Assembly (NCBI GenBank): GCA_963749535.1
Contig: CAVVNF010000018.1
Location: 3,877 to 67,876 of the forward strand
Direction: 5' to 3'
Source of the DNA: an uncultured Thermoleophilia bacterium
GTDB lineage: Bacteria > Actinomycetota > Thermoleophilia > RBG-16-64-13
Length of the DNA stretch: 64,000 nt
Both the position numbers and the translations under genes were made by a program. Within the stretch, counting starts at the first letter, position 1; every line of letters starts with the position of its first letter. Of the stretch, positions 30,624-41,886 are shown one piece after another. Under the pieces are notes generated by a model, which made no database searches, was not told the origin of the DNA, and worked only from the letters and a program-made list of their open reading frames with translations.

Positions 30624-31553
30624 CTACCAGTTGACCTTGTCGAGACCCTTGAGGCCCAAGATGGCCCGCGCTTCTTCGGAGCTGGCGGGTTCAAGATCGA
30701 ATTCCCGGCCGATGCGCGCGATCTTGTCTACCTGTTCGGCGTTGCTCTTGGCCATCACACCCCTGCTCAGCAGCAAGCTGTCCTCCAGGCCGACCCGGAC
30801 GTTGCCACCCATGTTCATGGCCAGGGTGCACAGTGGCATCTGCATTCGTCCGCCAGCGCAAACCGACCAATTGAAGTCACCCACCAGATTCTTGGCCGAG
30901 TTGTACATGAACTGGAGGTTCTCGAAGGTGGCGCCGATGCCACCGAGGATGCCCATGACCCACTGCATGTAGATGGGGGCTCGGAGCTCGCCGCGTTTCT
31001 TCATGAAGGCGACGTTATTGATCATGCCGGTGTCGTAGATCTCAAGCTCGCCTACGGTCCCATGCTCGGCGAAGATGTTGTTGAACTGCTTGAGCATGGC
31101 GAAGGAGTTTTCGAACACGTAGCTCTCGGTACCCCGCAGATACGTGTCCTCCCACTCATACTTGAACTCACCCTTGAAGCTCTCGGCCATCGGATAGAGG
31201 CCGAAGTTCATGGAGCCGTAGCTAAACGTGGCTAGCTCGGGGCTGAGCTCTATGACCGAGCGCAGACGCTCCTCGACCGTCGCGCCGATGCCGGCGCCGG
31301 TGGTCATGCAGAGGATCATGTCGCACTTGGCCTTGACCCGCTGAGCCACTTCTTTGTAGTAGGCGACTTCACGGCTGGGTGCCCCCGTTTGGGGGTCCCG
31401 TACGTGGATGTGAGCCACCGCCGCCCCAGCCTCGTGCGCCGCTACCGCTTCGTCCGCGATCTGCTCGGGGGTGATCGGCAAATACGGGGACATGCTGGTG
31501 GTGTGCACGGCACCGGTGATGGCGGCAGTAATGATGAATTTGTTGGATGCCAT
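30624..31553 (-). CDS. BKACE family enzyme (beta-keto acid cleavage enzyme, DUF849/Kce-like)
   Basis: N-terminus KFIITAAITGAVHT...ITPEQIADEAVAAHEAGAAVAHIHVRDPQTG is typical of 3-keto-5-aminohexanoate cleavage enzyme homologs. Confidence 0.85.
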   Translation of the reverse strand: MASNKFIITAAITGAVHTTSMSPYLPITPEQIADEAVAAHEAGAAVAHIHVRDPQTGAPSREVAYYKEVAQRVKAKCDMILCMTTGAGIGATVEERLRSVIELSPELATFSYGSMNFGLYPMAESFKGEFKYEWEDTYLRGTESYVFENSFAMLKQFNNIFAEHGTVGELEIYDTGMINNVAFMKKRGELRAPIYMQWVMGILGGIGATFENLQFMYNSAKNLVGDFNWSVCAGGRMQMPLCTLAMNMGGNVRVGLEDSLLLSRGVMAKSNAEQVDKIARIGREFDLEPASSEEARAILGLKGLDKVNW

Positions 31554-31608
31554 TGTCTATCTCCTCAAGCGCCGGCCGACTTGTGGCGTCCGGCTCACCG
31601 GTTCAGAT

Positions 31609-32855
31609 CTAGTGTTTGCCCTCGGTCGCCTGCAGCCAGTCTTCAGCCTCCGCATCTTTCCAGGCGTCCACAGGGGCTTGCTCTTCCTCCTGGTCTTCCC
31701 GCTTCAAGATGGCGAAGACAGGTCCAAAAGCCATGGGCGGGCAGCCGCCTACGAACACGCCTTGATCACGCCACCTCTCCACGCATTTGCCAACCAGGAT
31801 GAGGTCTTTATCGCGGGCGCAGCCGTCCGGCAGCTTATTCTTGGGCCCAAACACCAGCGAGATGCCCTGGTTCTCGTCGTACTTGCCCTGCTTCTTTAAG
31901 GCATCGAGGGCGTACATCATCACGCCCATGCAGCTAGTGCAGGAGTTCTCATCGTAGATGTCGTAGCCGTGGTAACGGGAGAAACCTTCGAGGAAGGGAG
32001 TGTCGAGCTTCTTGTAGACCTCCTGGATGCTATTGCCCCGGACCTCTATTTGGTCCTCGTCGATGACGCCGAGGCCCCGTTTTGCGCCTTTGGTCAAGTA
32101 GGTCTGGTAGAGGTCTATGCCAGCCATGCGGCAGCAGGTAGCGTCGATGGCGAGGGCGTCGGTGCCGGCCACGATGCAACCAAAGTCGACGGGGACGCCA
32201 AGCCCCATGGGGCCGAGACCCTCTTGCGGCCGCACCATGTCCACGATGGAAAGATCCGGCTGCGTGATTGACAGGAGGTCGAAAAGGGCCTCCCCCAGCT
32301 CGACGAAGTGCATCTTGCGGTGCATCCTGTCGTCGACGGCGCCCTTCAGGTTTTTCACGGCGCAGGTGAAGACCATGCTCAAGTGCGTCTTGAAGATGGG
32401 AACGCTGATCACGCAGTCGGCGTCCAGCATCATCTTGGGCACCCGGAACTTCTTGATCTCCACCCCATTCGGCACTTCGACCTCGACCAGCTCTTCTTTC
32501 GTCAGGCGTTTGATGTCGACGATGCGGTCGACGCCGGCTTCCTCGGCCGCCTGGCGCAGCCCGGACATGGCCAGCGCTTTGAACGTGTCCTGGCCTATGC
32601 ACGACGCCTCGGCCATGATGATTTCTTTGGGCTTGTACCTTTTGACCGCCGCCACAACGGCTTTAAGGACTTCGGGGTTGGTATTGACGCTGGTCTCGGC
32701 GGCGACGGGTGCCCGGCATTCGGCTTGATGAGGACGACCGCACCAGGCTTCAGCAGGTTCTCGACTCCGTCGAGTTGCGACAAGGCTCTATCGACCATCT
32801 CCTGGATGTCGGTCCCCTTGGCTATGGAGACAACTGACTTGCTCATCGTGTGCAC
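31609..32855 (-). CDS. DUF362 domain protein; one frame break near 32690
   Basis: VLIKPN ... DADCVISVPIFKTHLSMVFTCAVKNLKG ... SIVDM is the DUF362 pattern. C-terminal Cys cluster: CTSCMG...GGCPP. Confidence 0.7.
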
Positions 32856-32862
32856 CTTCTCT

Positions 32863-33624
32863 CTAGAACTTCATGCCCCGTTGTTTGAGCGCCTTCACGA
32901 TGCTTTCCGGCAGCATGGCCTTCACCCTGTCGGACACCGCCGAAGCCTCTTCGGGATCGTATGTCCAGATGTGGACGCATTTCCCCTGGCATCCGTCGTC
33001 GCCCAAATGGGGGCCCATGAAGGTGAGCAGCCTCTTGTCGACCTCCATGTAGGCCTCGATGTAGGCGTAGTCGAAGGCCACGCAGTACTTTGCCTGGGAT
33101 TCCCAACCCGCCGGGGGACGCCAGGCGCAGCGAGGACGCGAGCACACGGCTTTGGTGTCATCGAACCACGTATAGGCATGGGTATCGGGACCATAGAGGA
33201 TATGGGCGATGTCCTGATACCAAGCCATGGCCCTGGGGCTAACGATCTCGCCCCATCTCTTCTGAACGTTGGTCCAGCCCCGGGTGCCGGTTTCCGTTCC
33301 AATGGTGCGGGCCAATTCAAGCGCTTTGTCCACGCCCCAAAGCTTCTCGACCTTGTTGAACATGTTGTGCCACTGGAACTTCATCTGCCGGGCGAGCGCC
33401 GCGTAGCTCTCGTCGACACTCATTCGCGTGAGATCTTCGTCAACTTCGAACCGGGCCACTTGCTCAACATGGTCCCAGGGAACCCCCCAACCGGGCACGA
33501 CACCGGGCCAGTCAGTCACGAACGCGTAAGGGGTACCGGTGGGCTTGTAGACCTCGAATCCCCACCTGTCCTCTCCCTCCTTGTTGACGGGTGGATATGC
33601 GATTGCGCTTGGCTTACTTTTCAT
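32863..33624 (-). CDS. conserved hypothetical protein (~253 aa), Trp/Cys-rich
   Basis: Intact ORF. Start at ATG 33624 behind AGGGAGA. No family recognised with confidence. Confidence 0.5.
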   Translation of the reverse strand: MKSKPSAIAYPPVNKEGEDRWGFEVYKPTGTPYAFVTDWPGVVPGWGVPWDHVEQVARFEVDEDLTRMSVDESYAALARQMKFQWHNMFNKVEKLWGVDKALELARTIGTETGTRGWTNVQKRWGEIVSPRAMAWYQDIAHILYGPDTHAYTWFDDTKAVCSRPRCAWRPPAGWESQAKYCVAFDYAYIEAYMEVDKRLLTFMGPHLGDDGCQGKCVHIWTYDPEEASAVSDRVKAMLPESIVKALKQRGMKF

Positions 33625-33678
33625 CTGTCTCCCTATTCCACAAATCGTCGCCACAATGTGGTCAACGCGGGTGGTTGC

Positions 33679-34024
33679 TCAGGCTTTGGTCGGAACGATC
33701 ACGATTAGGTTCACGCAGGGTTCGTTTCCGACGTTCAAGTACTCACCAGGCTCGTTCGCCGGCCGGAAGACAGAATCGCCCTGGTGGAGGATGTATTCCT
33801 CGTTCCCGGACTTGACCTTCATGGTGCCGGACAGGATGTAATAGACTCGTTCGGCCGGCATGCCGTCATCCTTGCCGCCGCCGTCGGGGAGGAATTCGGA
33901 GATGGCTACCCAGAAGCCCTGAGCGCCGGTCTCTTCCTTGCCGTGTATGCGCATGGGCCAACAACCCCGAGTGATTGGCCGGTTCAAAATGCGTGCCCCT
34001 GTCCGCCGCCCGTACAACCTTCAT
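33679..34024 (-). CDS. cupin domain protein; frame break(s) near 33960-33975
   Basis: ATG 34024 behind AGGAGG gives MKVVRAADRGTHFEPANHSG. A shift leads to the cupin core ERVYYILSGTMKVKSGNEEYILHQGDSVFRPANEPGEYLNVG. Confidence 0.7.
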
Positions 34025-34072
34025 GAGAGCCTCCTAGTTACGCTGTTCTTGACCCTTCTTGTCTTGTCTTTC

Positions 34073-35977
34073 TTACGCAGCTGTATTAGTCGCTCCAAGA
34101 AACACTCGCCTCATCTCCTCGAGCGCGCGGGGATCATCAAGAGTGGAGGGAACGCTGTAGCCCTCCCCGTCCGCGATCTTGCGAATCGTGCCCCGCAGGA
34201 TCTTGCCGGATCGCGTCTTTGGTAGTTGCGGGACGACGGCGGCCTGCTTGAACGCCGCGACCGCTCCGATCTGCTGCCGCACCATGGCCCGCAACTCGCC
34301 AACTAGCTCATCGGGGTTCCTGACGGACCCCGCCTTCAGGACGACGAAGCCGAAGGGCATCTGTCCCTTGAGCTGTCGGCCACGCCCACCACCGCGCACT
34401 CGGCCACATCGGGGTGCGTGGCGATGACCTCCTCCATGCGCCCGGTGGACAGGCGGTGGCCGGCAACATTGATGACGTCATCCACGCGCCCCATGACGAA
34501 GACGTAGCCGTCAGAATCGATGTGGCCGCCGTCGCCGGTGACGTAGTAGCCCGGGGAAGTCTCGAAGATAGCTGTCCATGAAACCGCTTGTCGTTCTGCC
34601 AGAGGGTGGGAGGAGCCAGGCGGAAGCGGCAGCTTGATGGCCGATGACCTTCCGTGCCGGCGGCACCGGCGTGGCCCGCTGGCGTCGAGGATCTCGCACG
34701 TCGTATCCCGGACACCGGCTTGGTCGGCGAGCCCGCCTTGACGGGCAGCGGCTCGATACCCATGCAGTTGCCCGCGATGGCCCAGCCGGTCTCCGTCTGC
34801 CACCAGTGGTCGACGACCGGGATACTTCAGGAGTGTCGCTCGGCCCAGTGGTAGGTATCGGGGTCGAGACGCTCGCCGGCCAGGAACAGGTCTGCAGAGC
34901 TGGAGATGTCGTATTTCTTCAGATAACGCTCCTTCCGGGTCCTCCTTGCTTGATCGCGCGGATGCGCGGTGGGAGCGGTGAACAGGACCTTGACCTTGTG
35001 CTCGGCGATAACCCGCCAGAAGGCGCCGGGATCGGGGGTGCCGACCGGCTTGCCCTCGTAGACGACGGTGGTGCAGCCAGCACAGCAGCGGGGCGTACAC
35101 GATGTAGGAGTGGCCGACGACCCAGCCGACGTCGGAGGCGGCCCAGAAGACGTCGCCGGGCTCGATGTCGTAGATGTTCTTCATCGACCACTTCAGCGCG
35201 ACCGCGTGCCCGCCGTTGTCGCGGACCACGCCCTTCGGCTTCCCGGTCGTGCCGGAGGTGTAGAGGATGTACAGCGGGTCGGTTGCGCGCACGCGACGCA
35301 GGCAACCGGCGTCGCATGCTGCGCCATAGCCGTCGCCCAATCGTAGATCCCGGCCTGGGCGCCAACTCGGCGGCCAGCTGCGGGCGCTGAAAGATGACGC
35401 AGGCTCGGGCTTGTGTCGACGCTCGCAGGGCATCGTCCAAGCAGCGGTTTGTAGGCGATCACACCTGCTGGGCTCGATCCCGCAGGAAGCGGACACGATC
35501 ACCTTCGGCTCGCGTCGTCGATGCGGCGGCCAGCTCGTGGGCCGCGAATCCACCGAAGACCACCGAGTGGACGGCACCGATCCGGGCGCAGGCCAGCATC
35601 GCCACGAGGGCCTCGGGGATCATCGGCATGTAGATGACGACCCGGTCCCCTTTTTCGACGCCAAGGCCAGTTAGCACCCCGGCGAACTTAGCCACCTGAC
35701 TCTGAAGTTCGCGATAGGTAAGGCAAGACGAAGCACCGGTGATGGGACTGTCGTAGATGATGGCCGTCTGCTCGCCCCGACCTTCAAGGACATGCAAATC
35801 CACGCAGTTGAAACACGTGTTCAGCCGAGCCCCGGCGAACCACCGGTGGAACGGGGGATTCGAGTCATCCAAGACACGACGCCAGGGGACGTCCCAGTGG
35901 ACTGCCGCCGCCGCTTCACCCCAGAATCCAGCGGGGTCCTTCATGGAACGCTTATAGACTTCGTTGTAGCCGATCAA
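34073..35977 (-). CDS. AMP-forming acyl-CoA synthetase of the propionate/acetate-CoA ligase (PrpE/Acs) type; at least 5 frame breaks
   Basis: Motifs: YNEVYKRSMKDPAGFWGEAA...IYDSPITG...VIYMPMIPEALVAMLACARIGAVHSVVFGGFA, then YILYTSGTTGKPKGVVRDNGGHAV, then GRVDDVINVAGHRLSTG, then LPKTRSGKILRGTIRKIADG. Confidence 0.8.
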
Positions 35978-36082
35978 TTCTCCGCAACCAGAACCTTCCC
36001 TAGTATCTGTTCGGCTCACCCGTCTGAGGCCGCAGCGTCCGGACAACCACTGCGGCCTCGGGGGCGAAGGGGGACTACGTAA

Positions 36083-37496
36083 TTAGCCGGTGTAGGGCTG
36101 GACGGGACCCTGAACCGTCAGCCAAGGCGTAATCGGGTTGCTGACGACCTTGAGTTCTACCTTGTACTTGCCCGTGCCTGTCTGCCATTGACCGCCATAG
36201 AGCGGGGTCACGATAACGTTTTGGACGGGATGCCCCGTTTTAGGCGCTACTGGCAGAGTGAAGTCGATGGGGCCAAAAACCGTGTCTTGCAGTTTAGTCG
36301 CGACCAACGCTTGGAGGATGGATTCTTTGTCATCGATGTTCGTGGTTCGTTTCAACGTGTCGATCGCCACTTCCAGATGGGTCATCTCACCGATGGGTTG
36401 CTCCCACTGCCGGTTGAGCTGGGCTTCGAATGCGTCAGCAAGTTGCTGGCAGGTTTGGCCGACGAGCCCGGACTTAAACGGATAGGTGGGATGCCACCAC
36501 TGGTTGCCGGCGACATTGAGGCCAACATCGCCGATGGACTCTATCCCCCCGGGAATAGCGTGGATTTCTCGATCACACATATCTTCGGAGTGAACCCTTG
36601 CTGCTTGGCCTGCTGCAGGACCACGCCCAGGGTCGGCGGAAGGGTGAGACCAAGGAGCACTTCGGCACCCGCGCCCTTGAAGGCGTTTATGATCGAGGTG
36701 AAGTCTTCCGCCGCGTCGTCGAACGGGCCTCCGTCGACCAGTTTGAATCCGGCGGCCTTAAGGATTCCCGGCCAGTACGCTCTAAGGGCTGCGCCGTCGG
36801 CGTCATTCGGCCATAGACCTCCGACCACCTTGTTAGTCTGGAACCCGTTAATCATGTTCATGTTGACGGCAATCTCTCGTTCGAGCCCCAGCAAAGGTGA
36901 TAGGTCCACTTATAGACCGTGTTGATCTTCCCGCCCGAGCGGGCCATGAGCCACGCTTCCCAGGGGCAGTTGTCTGTGATGGTCGGCACGCCCAGGGACT
37001 CGCCCTGGGTAGTGATCGGGATGACCATGTCTGGGCCCGCGTCACCCACGAGGATGTCCACGTTGTCGTTTGTGATCAGGTCGCCAGCCACCTGACCAGC
37101 CCGGTTTGAATCCGACTGCGAGTCTTTTCGGAGGATGGTGATCTTGTGAGTCTTGCCGTCTCCGAGAACTATGCCATCGCCCAAGACCCCATTTATGACC
37201 CCGAGGATGAAATCTCCCGCGACTGCGTGCTCCTCCATCGATCCGGTCACCGGCTCCACCCAGCCGATCTTGACCTCGCGCCCCACTTCGGCGGCGGTCG
37301 TGACAGTCGCGCTCGAGCTTGTGGTCGCCTCGCTGCTCGCAGTCGTTGCAACCGAGCTGGCGGTCGTCGCGGCAGTCGTGGCCGCAGTCGTCGTAGTCGT
37401 GCCGCCACAGGCAACAAGGGCGCCGCCCAACCCAGCACCAAGACCGACAGCCGCTCCCGCTACCCCGGCCAGTTTGAGGAACTCGCGCCTACTTAC
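36083..37496 (-). CDS. Tat-signal lipoprotein, type-I periplasmic binding protein (Liv/amide-type ABC substrate-binding protein); two frame breaks
   Basis: SRREFLKLAGVAGAAVGLGAGLGGALVACGG, then a Thr/Ser/Ala linker, then a PBP1-like core (VKIGWVEPVTGS...ITNDNVDILVGD...). No permease or ATPase genes adjacent. Confidence 0.7.
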
Positions 37497-37804
37497 TCTC
37501 TTCCCTTCACTGAGACCCACTTGCCCCGCGGCCGGATCCTGTGTCTTTCTTCTCCTGCATTTTTCCTCCCCCCTCAGCTTGTGCTCAGATGATTCCAGAC
37601 TGGGGCTGTCCCCGGTTCCCCACGCAACTGGGCAGACCTCAACCGGACCAAGAGACTCCCTTATCCGTCTGATAGTATCTTTTAATACCATCCGCAGAGT
37701 TAGCGCTCAAACACAAAGCGCCTTCGCGCTCATCCCCTGGTAACAGATAATACACACCGTAGATTGCCGGCGGAGAATGTCAATACCTTCCTACGCTTGA
37801 CCGC

Positions 37805-38773
37805 TCACGCCTCGGCCGACAACTCCCCAGGCCCGGCCGGCACCTGCGGGAACGGGAAAGCAAAAGGTGGGTTCGCCGCCAGTGTCCTGAGCAGGGGTTC
37901 GTATGTCTCTATGTCGGCTTCAATATTCAACTCGCCCCGATAGATGGCCTGGATTGCAACAAAGGCCTCAAAATTTGTCCAGAGATAATCCTCGGCCGAA
38001 TACTCCTGGTCCCATGACAGCCTCATGGCTGAGTTCTCTAGAACACCCAGGAGGGCATAGGCCATCATGTCGTCGCTGGTGCGGGGGGACCCTGCGCCAG
38101 ATTGCCGGAGCGATACAAGATCACTAAAGATGGGCCGGGTGAGTGTCTGGTAGGTGCGAATGAAGAGCTCCTTTGTCTTCTCGTCTGTGCCCAAGGCCTC
38201 AGCCCTCACAAAGGTCAGCATCTCCGGGCTGACGTTTCGCACTCCAAGGAACCCAATCACCCGCATCATGTGGCGCTTGACCAGGTCCGGTTCGGCCAGG
38301 ATGCGCTCTTCTGTGTACTGCAAGGTGCGCTCGACCAGGGTCTCTACCACTTCGATGAAGAGCTCGCGTTTTGAGGGAAAGTACCGGTACAGAGTGAGGG
38401 GACCAACCCCAGACTGAGAGGCGATGTCGGCCATGCGCGTGCCGGTGTAGCCTTGCTCCGCAAAATGACGCGACGCGGTTTCTAGGATCAAGTTCCGTGT
38501 GGCCGCGGTCTGCTCGGCCGCCAGGTCAATCTCGTCCGCCTCGGTGGGCTCTCCATTCGCGTCTAACTGCCTCCGTATGTCCTCGAGTGACAACCCTTCG
38601 TCCTTGAGCTCTCGTATACGACCAAGACGAGCGAGGTGGCGCGACCCATACACCGCCGGCCCTCCACCCGTCCTCTTGGCAGGTGGCAGCAAGCCTTCGC
38701 GCAGGTAGTGATAGATCGTAGTTCTAGGGAAACCGGAGGCTTTCTCCAGCCCTGAAATGCCGAGCATCTGCAT
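37805..38773 (-). CDS. transcription regulator with tandem MerR-type and TetR-type HTH domains
   Basis: MerR HTH: ISGLEKASGFPRTTIYHYLREGLLPP...SRHLARLGRIRELKDEGLSLEDIRRQL. TetR HTH: RNLILETASRHFAEQGYTGTRMADIASQSGVGPLTLYRYFPSKRELF. A TetR-like C-terminal domain follows. Confidence 0.8.
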   Translation of the reverse strand: MQMLGISGLEKASGFPRTTIYHYLREGLLPPAKRTGGGPAVYGSRHLARLGRIRELKDEGLSLEDIRRQLDANGEPTEADEIDLAAEQTAATRNLILETASRHFAEQGYTGTRMADIASQSGVGPLTLYRYFPSKRELFIEVVETLVERTLQYTEERILAEPDLVKRHMMRVIGFLGVRNVSPEMLTFVRAEALGTDEKTKELFIRTYQTLTRPIFSDLVSLRQSGAGSPRTSDDMMAYALLGVLENSAMRLSWDQEYSAEDYLWTNFEAFVAIQAIYRGELNIEADIETYEPLLRTLAANPPFAFPFPQVPAGPGELSAEA

Positions 38774-38874
38774 GCGATATCTCCCGAAAAATGGCCCCTG
38801 GGTAACCGGAGAAGATATGTGGGCGACGCCCACTTTAGGCTATTGGGGGGCGGCTTGCCAGGGCCGATCGCCCC

Positions 38875-39531
38875 CTATCGTCCCCGATCGGACCTCCAGA
38901 GAGGATTGCCGAGCGGGATGAGAGTCCGGCCAGACATCGTGTTGATGAGTATGCCGGCCGCTCCATAGAAGGACGAGGCGGCGACCAACAGTAAGAAAAT
39001 CCCGACCAGCTTGGTCGGAGTTTTCGCCATGATGTTAAGAACAAGGGTGAGAATGGCCAGGTCTATGAAGACGAGAACCGCAAAGAGAGTCTTGTTGGTC
39101 ATGGCCGAAGCGACCGTTAGAATCAAGCTGAAAACGAGGAAGCCGATAAGGCCGTAGGCGTAATGAGTGATGTCGAACTTGGCGCCGGTGAAAATGGTGA
39201 TGAACAGTGTCAGGGAGACCGAATACCAGAGGAGCGAGTAGGTCGTGAATGCAGTGGCCCCGAACATGTTGTTCCTGCGGAAATCGATCAGGCCGGCGAC
39301 GAGCTGGGCTGTAGCTCCCATGAAAAGCGTCCAAGGAATCATGAGCGACTTTGCCGCGCCCGAAGCCAGGCCTAGATCCCCTGACGCCAGCACGAGCGCA
39401 GCCACTGCAAGCCCGGTCAGCCCGAGGACCGCCGGATCAGCGGCGGAGGCCCTCGGCTTTATCTCAGTGGTGAGAAACGGACTTTCCGGACTGTCGGCCA
39501 CTTGTCCCTCCCCGATGCGGCTGTTGTGCAA
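38875..39531 (-). CDS. GPR1/FUN34/YaaH (SatP/AceTr) family acetate/succinate channel
   Basis: DPAVLGLTGLAVAALVL ... LVAGLIDFRRNNMFGATAFTTYSLLWYS; six TM segments. Confidence 0.8.
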   Translation of the reverse strand: MHNSRIGEGQVADSPESPFLTTEIKPRASAADPAVLGLTGLAVAALVLASGDLGLASGAAKSLMIPWTLFMGATAQLVAGLIDFRRNNMFGATAFTTYSLLWYSVSLTLFITIFTGAKFDITHYAYGLIGFLVFSLILTVASAMTNKTLFAVLVFIDLAILTLVLNIMAKTPTKLVGIFLLLVAASSFYGAAGILINTMSGRTLIPLGNPLWRSDRGR

Positions 39532-39773
39532 GGTAGTCGAGATCGCACTGACGATTCAGGCTCAGCGACTCTTGCGTTAATATTGAGTGATACTAACCGT
39601 AGATTAACCGACCAGCAAAGTCAAGCCCCCAAAAGTGATCTCGCTTCCCCCCTCCAGCCGGAGGTTGTGGATGGACGGCGCGAGTCAGAATCAGACAAAA
39701 TCAGACAGGATTGGACGAACTTTTCGTGGGCAGCTGCGGGCAAGAGGGGTTCTGGTGCTTACTTCCCAAAAGT

Positions 39774-39798
39774 AAAGCCCCGCTTGTGACGGGGCTTT
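39774..39798 (-). terminator. intrinsic terminator downstream of tRNA-fMet
   Basis: AAAGCCCCG-cttgtga-CGGGGCTTT 9-bp stem. On the - strand it is followed by ACTTTTGGG. Confidence 0.5.
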
Positions 39799-39801
39799 CG
39801 A

Positions 39802-39877
<76 letters not shown>

Positions 39878-40107
39878 CCGTTCAGGAAAGCGGAGTATAG
39901 CACAGCAGAAGGCACCCCCTCGCCGCCCGGCCGCCAATGCAAAACCTAAGTCCTGTCGCGCATCTTGCGCTGAGTCGATAAAATGCCTCTGGTCCTCGGC
40001 GCTTCGTGCCGATAATCAATTCGTACTCTTAAGGGTAACTCTGGTGCTGCTGCGTGCATCAGGCTAGGAGTTGTGGAACGCCTGACGTGAAGCCGAGAAC
40101 CGGATAT

Positions 40108-41299
40108 ATGAGCCGCAACTATTGCGGCAAGCGTGGCTGCTCGTTCCGGGGATGGGCGCCCGCCATGGTTCCGGTAGCGGCAGCTTTCTTGGCGGTCGCC
40201 CTGTGCCTTGTGACCATGGCCTTCGCGGCCCCACCGGCATCTGCCGCTGCGGACACTGTCATTCTCCAGGGTCAGGCCAAGGTTCAGGTGGATTCTCTGC
40301 GCGACCAGGCTGCCGCGGTCCAGGCAGATATCGATTCGTTGGACCAGCAGATCGAGCAACTCGACGAGAGCTACAACCAACTGTCTCTACAGGTCGACAG
40401 CATCAACCAGCAGATGGCCGACCTCCGCAGGCAACTCGACGCCGCCCAGGCGGACCACGACTACCGCGTCCGGATGGTGGACGACAGGCTGGTCGCCTAT
40501 CTACAAGGCCGGCGGGCGTGATCAGTTCTTACAGATTCTGATGCTATCGAACGGCCTCAGCGATTTCATCAGCCGTGTCAGGATCGTTGCCTCCCTCGCC
40601 GAGCAGGACGACCGACTTGTCGACAACTTGAATGAGAGCACTGGCCAGATCGACGTGATCCTCAAGGAGATCGACGCCCAGAAGCTGGAGGAAGTGGACG
40701 CGCGCCAGCAGATGGACGATACGCTGCAGCTCAGCCAATTGAAGCTGGCGGAGCGCCAGACCACCTTGGCCGGTCTCAACACGCAGATCGCCGCCATCAT
40801 CGAGCAGGAGAAGCAGCGGCAGATCGAGGAGCAGAAGAGGCTCCAAGCGCAACTCATGGCGGGAATAGGCTACTGGGCTCACTATAACGGCCCCCTCCCG
40901 CAGAATAGCGACGCCGTCCTCAACCAGGTGGTCCAGACGGCAGCAGCCTACCTCGGGATCCCCTATGTATGGGCGGGCGACAGGCCCTCCACCGGTTTTG
41001 ACTGCTCAGGGTTCACGCAATACGTCTTCGCGCAGCACGGCGTCGATCTGCCCCATTACTCCGGATATCAAGCAGCCATGGGCGTCCCTGTGGACCTAAA
41101 AGACATACAAGCTGGAGATCTGGTCGCCTTCGGCAATCCCGTCTACCACGTGGGGCTCTACATCGGCGACGGCGAGTTCATCCAAGCGCCGCATACCGGT
41201 GACGTGGTCAAGATCTCCATGCTTAGCGAGCGCAGGGACCTTTCAGCCATCCGCCGTTTCCCGCTGAAGGCTCGGGTGGGTCCTCCCGCCGTCAGCTAG
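40108..41299 (+). CDS. secreted coiled-coil NlpC/P60 peptidoglycan endopeptidase (RipA-like); one frame break near 40515
   Basis: Signal sequence, then long coiled coils, then the catalytic domain YVWAGDRPSTGFDCSGFTQYVF...GDLVAFGNPVYHVGLYIGDGEFIQAPHTG. Confidence 0.85.
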
Positions 41300-41344
41300 T
41301 CGGGAAGCATTTACCCCTCCGCACGCATCGTCTAGAATGGGCGC

Positions 41345-41653
41345 ATGAATCTGATAATGATCATCATGATTTGCGTAGGCTGCGCCATGGGGCTGGCCGG
41401 CTTGGTCTACCTGGCGATACGCGCGCTTGCTTTGGTAAAGGCCGCGAAGAAGGCTGGGAGCGCGGTCACGACGCAGGTGCAAGCCCTCATCCGCGGCGGG
41501 CGGCTACTCGTCCCCCGGTTCCAAGAACTCCAGGCCAAACAAAAGGCAATGGCCGACCAGCTTCAGCGCTTGTCGGCCACTACGGAAGATCTGCGTCTCC
41601 TGAGAGATGAGCTGAACAGGGCCACGGGTTTAGTGACCCACATCAAGTCCTAG
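41345..41653 (+). CDS. small membrane-anchored coiled-coil protein (DUF948-like)
   Basis: N-terminal TM segment [25 protein letters not shown] plus a helical tail. Confidence 0.4.
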   Translation: MNLIMIIMICVGCAMGLAGLVYLAIRALALVKAAKKAGSAVTTQVQALIRGGRLLVPRFQELQAKQKAMADQLQRLSATTEDLRLLRDELNRATGLVTHIKS

Positions 41654-41886
41654 ACGGCTTCGACCTCGGTCACTTCCGGCACTTCCTCTTTGAGCACCCG
41701 CTCTACGCCCATGCGCAGGGTCATCTGCGACATCGGACAGCTTCCGCAGGCACCGACCAGCTTGACCTTGACAACGCCGGTCGCCTCGTCGACGTCAATC
41801 AACTCGATGTTTCCGCCGTCGTTCTGCAGGGCAGGCCGGATCAGGTCGAGGGCCTTCTCCACTTGCTCTTTCATCGCTTCCTCCAC
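41650..41886 (-). CDS. NifU-like (Nfu C-terminal domain) Fe-S assembly protein
   Basis: [42 protein letters not shown]. Confidence 0.85.
   Translation of the reverse strand: MEEAMKEQVEKALDLIRPALQNDGGNIELIDVDEATGVVKVKLVGACGSCPMSQMTLRMGVERVLKEEVPEVTEVEAV

Noticed and set aside
37290-37440. Short tandem-looking repeats (GTCGTC/GCAGTC units), seen here and again at 47400-47520, that could be mistaken for a repeat array.
   Set aside because: They translate into Thr/Ser/Ala-rich linkers directly after the lipobox Cys of the two substrate-binding lipoproteins. They are coding low-complexity sequence, not CRISPR or satellite DNA.
39881-40107. Looked for a c-di-AMP (ydaO) riboswitch in the leader of the NlpC/P60 gene, where actinobacteria often have one. 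Did the same in the Ldt leader (12838-13104).
   Set aside because: Only fragmentary resemblances were found: ACGCC...AAGCC...AACC in the first leader, and CACGCAAATCAGGGGCA plus a CCGGTATC/GATACCGG stem in the second. There is no coherent consensus match by eye.
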